64,000 nt of DNA, taken from Vicugna vicugna (Eukaryota). Within the stretch, counting starts at the first letter, position 1. Every line of letters starts with the position of its first letter. The notes beneath the pieces are model-generated. The model saw nothing but the letters and a program-made list of their open reading frames with translations. It did no database searches and was not told the origin of the DNA. The position numbers were made by a program, and so were the translations under genes. The DNA lies in contig MU058781.1 in NCBI GenBank assembly GCA_013265495.1, positions 662,963 through 726,962 of the forward strand. The letters are read 5' to 3'. Positions 63,700 to 64,000 of the stretch are shown here, in pieces.

Positions 63700-64000
63700 T
63701 CAAGGTTGCTGTCATTTGGAATTTTAGGTCATGCCACACTGCACACCTGCACATCAGCTTAACGGCCACCCTGTAGATTGTATCTCTGGCATACTGTATA
63801 TTAATAGAATATTGATATTGCAAAAATACTGTTGTGGGATTCATCACTGGGTAAATCCTCCACCGTCTGCAGTTTTACAGAGCCATTTAATTAGCAATTT
63901 TACAACCTCCTCTCCTCTCATTAAATTAATTAATAATTAAGTTCAAATATAGGCATCCTTAATGTCATAATTATATTTCAGTTTTATGGTCACTGGAGTT
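63700..64000. promoter_or_regulatory. Candidate conserved non-coding element (runs off window end)
   Basis: Unique sequence with clustered TAATTA homeodomain sites (catttaattagc, cattaaattaattaataattaag, cataattat). Confidence 0.4.

Overview
Mammalian non-coding DNA, probably from a camelid (inferred from a camelid-type tRNA-derived SINE at 47.8 kb and a young camelid-type L1 3' end at 19.05 kb). I recognise no protein-coding exon, RNA gene or CRISPR array, and the ORF-track entries are either decayed L1/ERVL fragments or chance ORFs. Much of the window is interspersed repeat: old and young L1, L2, MIR, MLT1/MLT2/MER31/MER34-like LTRs, a decayed ERVL pol segment, MER20 and MER5. Between these lie repeat-poor stretches (about 28.3-35.5 kb, 39.6-42.7 kb and 63.4-64 kb) with homeodomain/SOX/POU-motif-dense blocks that look like conserved developmental enhancers; one of them abuts a small CpG-rich, G-quadruplex-containing patch. 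The most striking directly visible oddities are a perfect 3 x 116 bp triplication (18493-18840), a perfect triplication of an AP-1 site inside a solo LTR (39341-39394) and several other perfect short tandem duplications. I found no convincing evidence of a novel multi-gene system. Repeat family names and boundaries come from recalled consensus sequences and are approximate.
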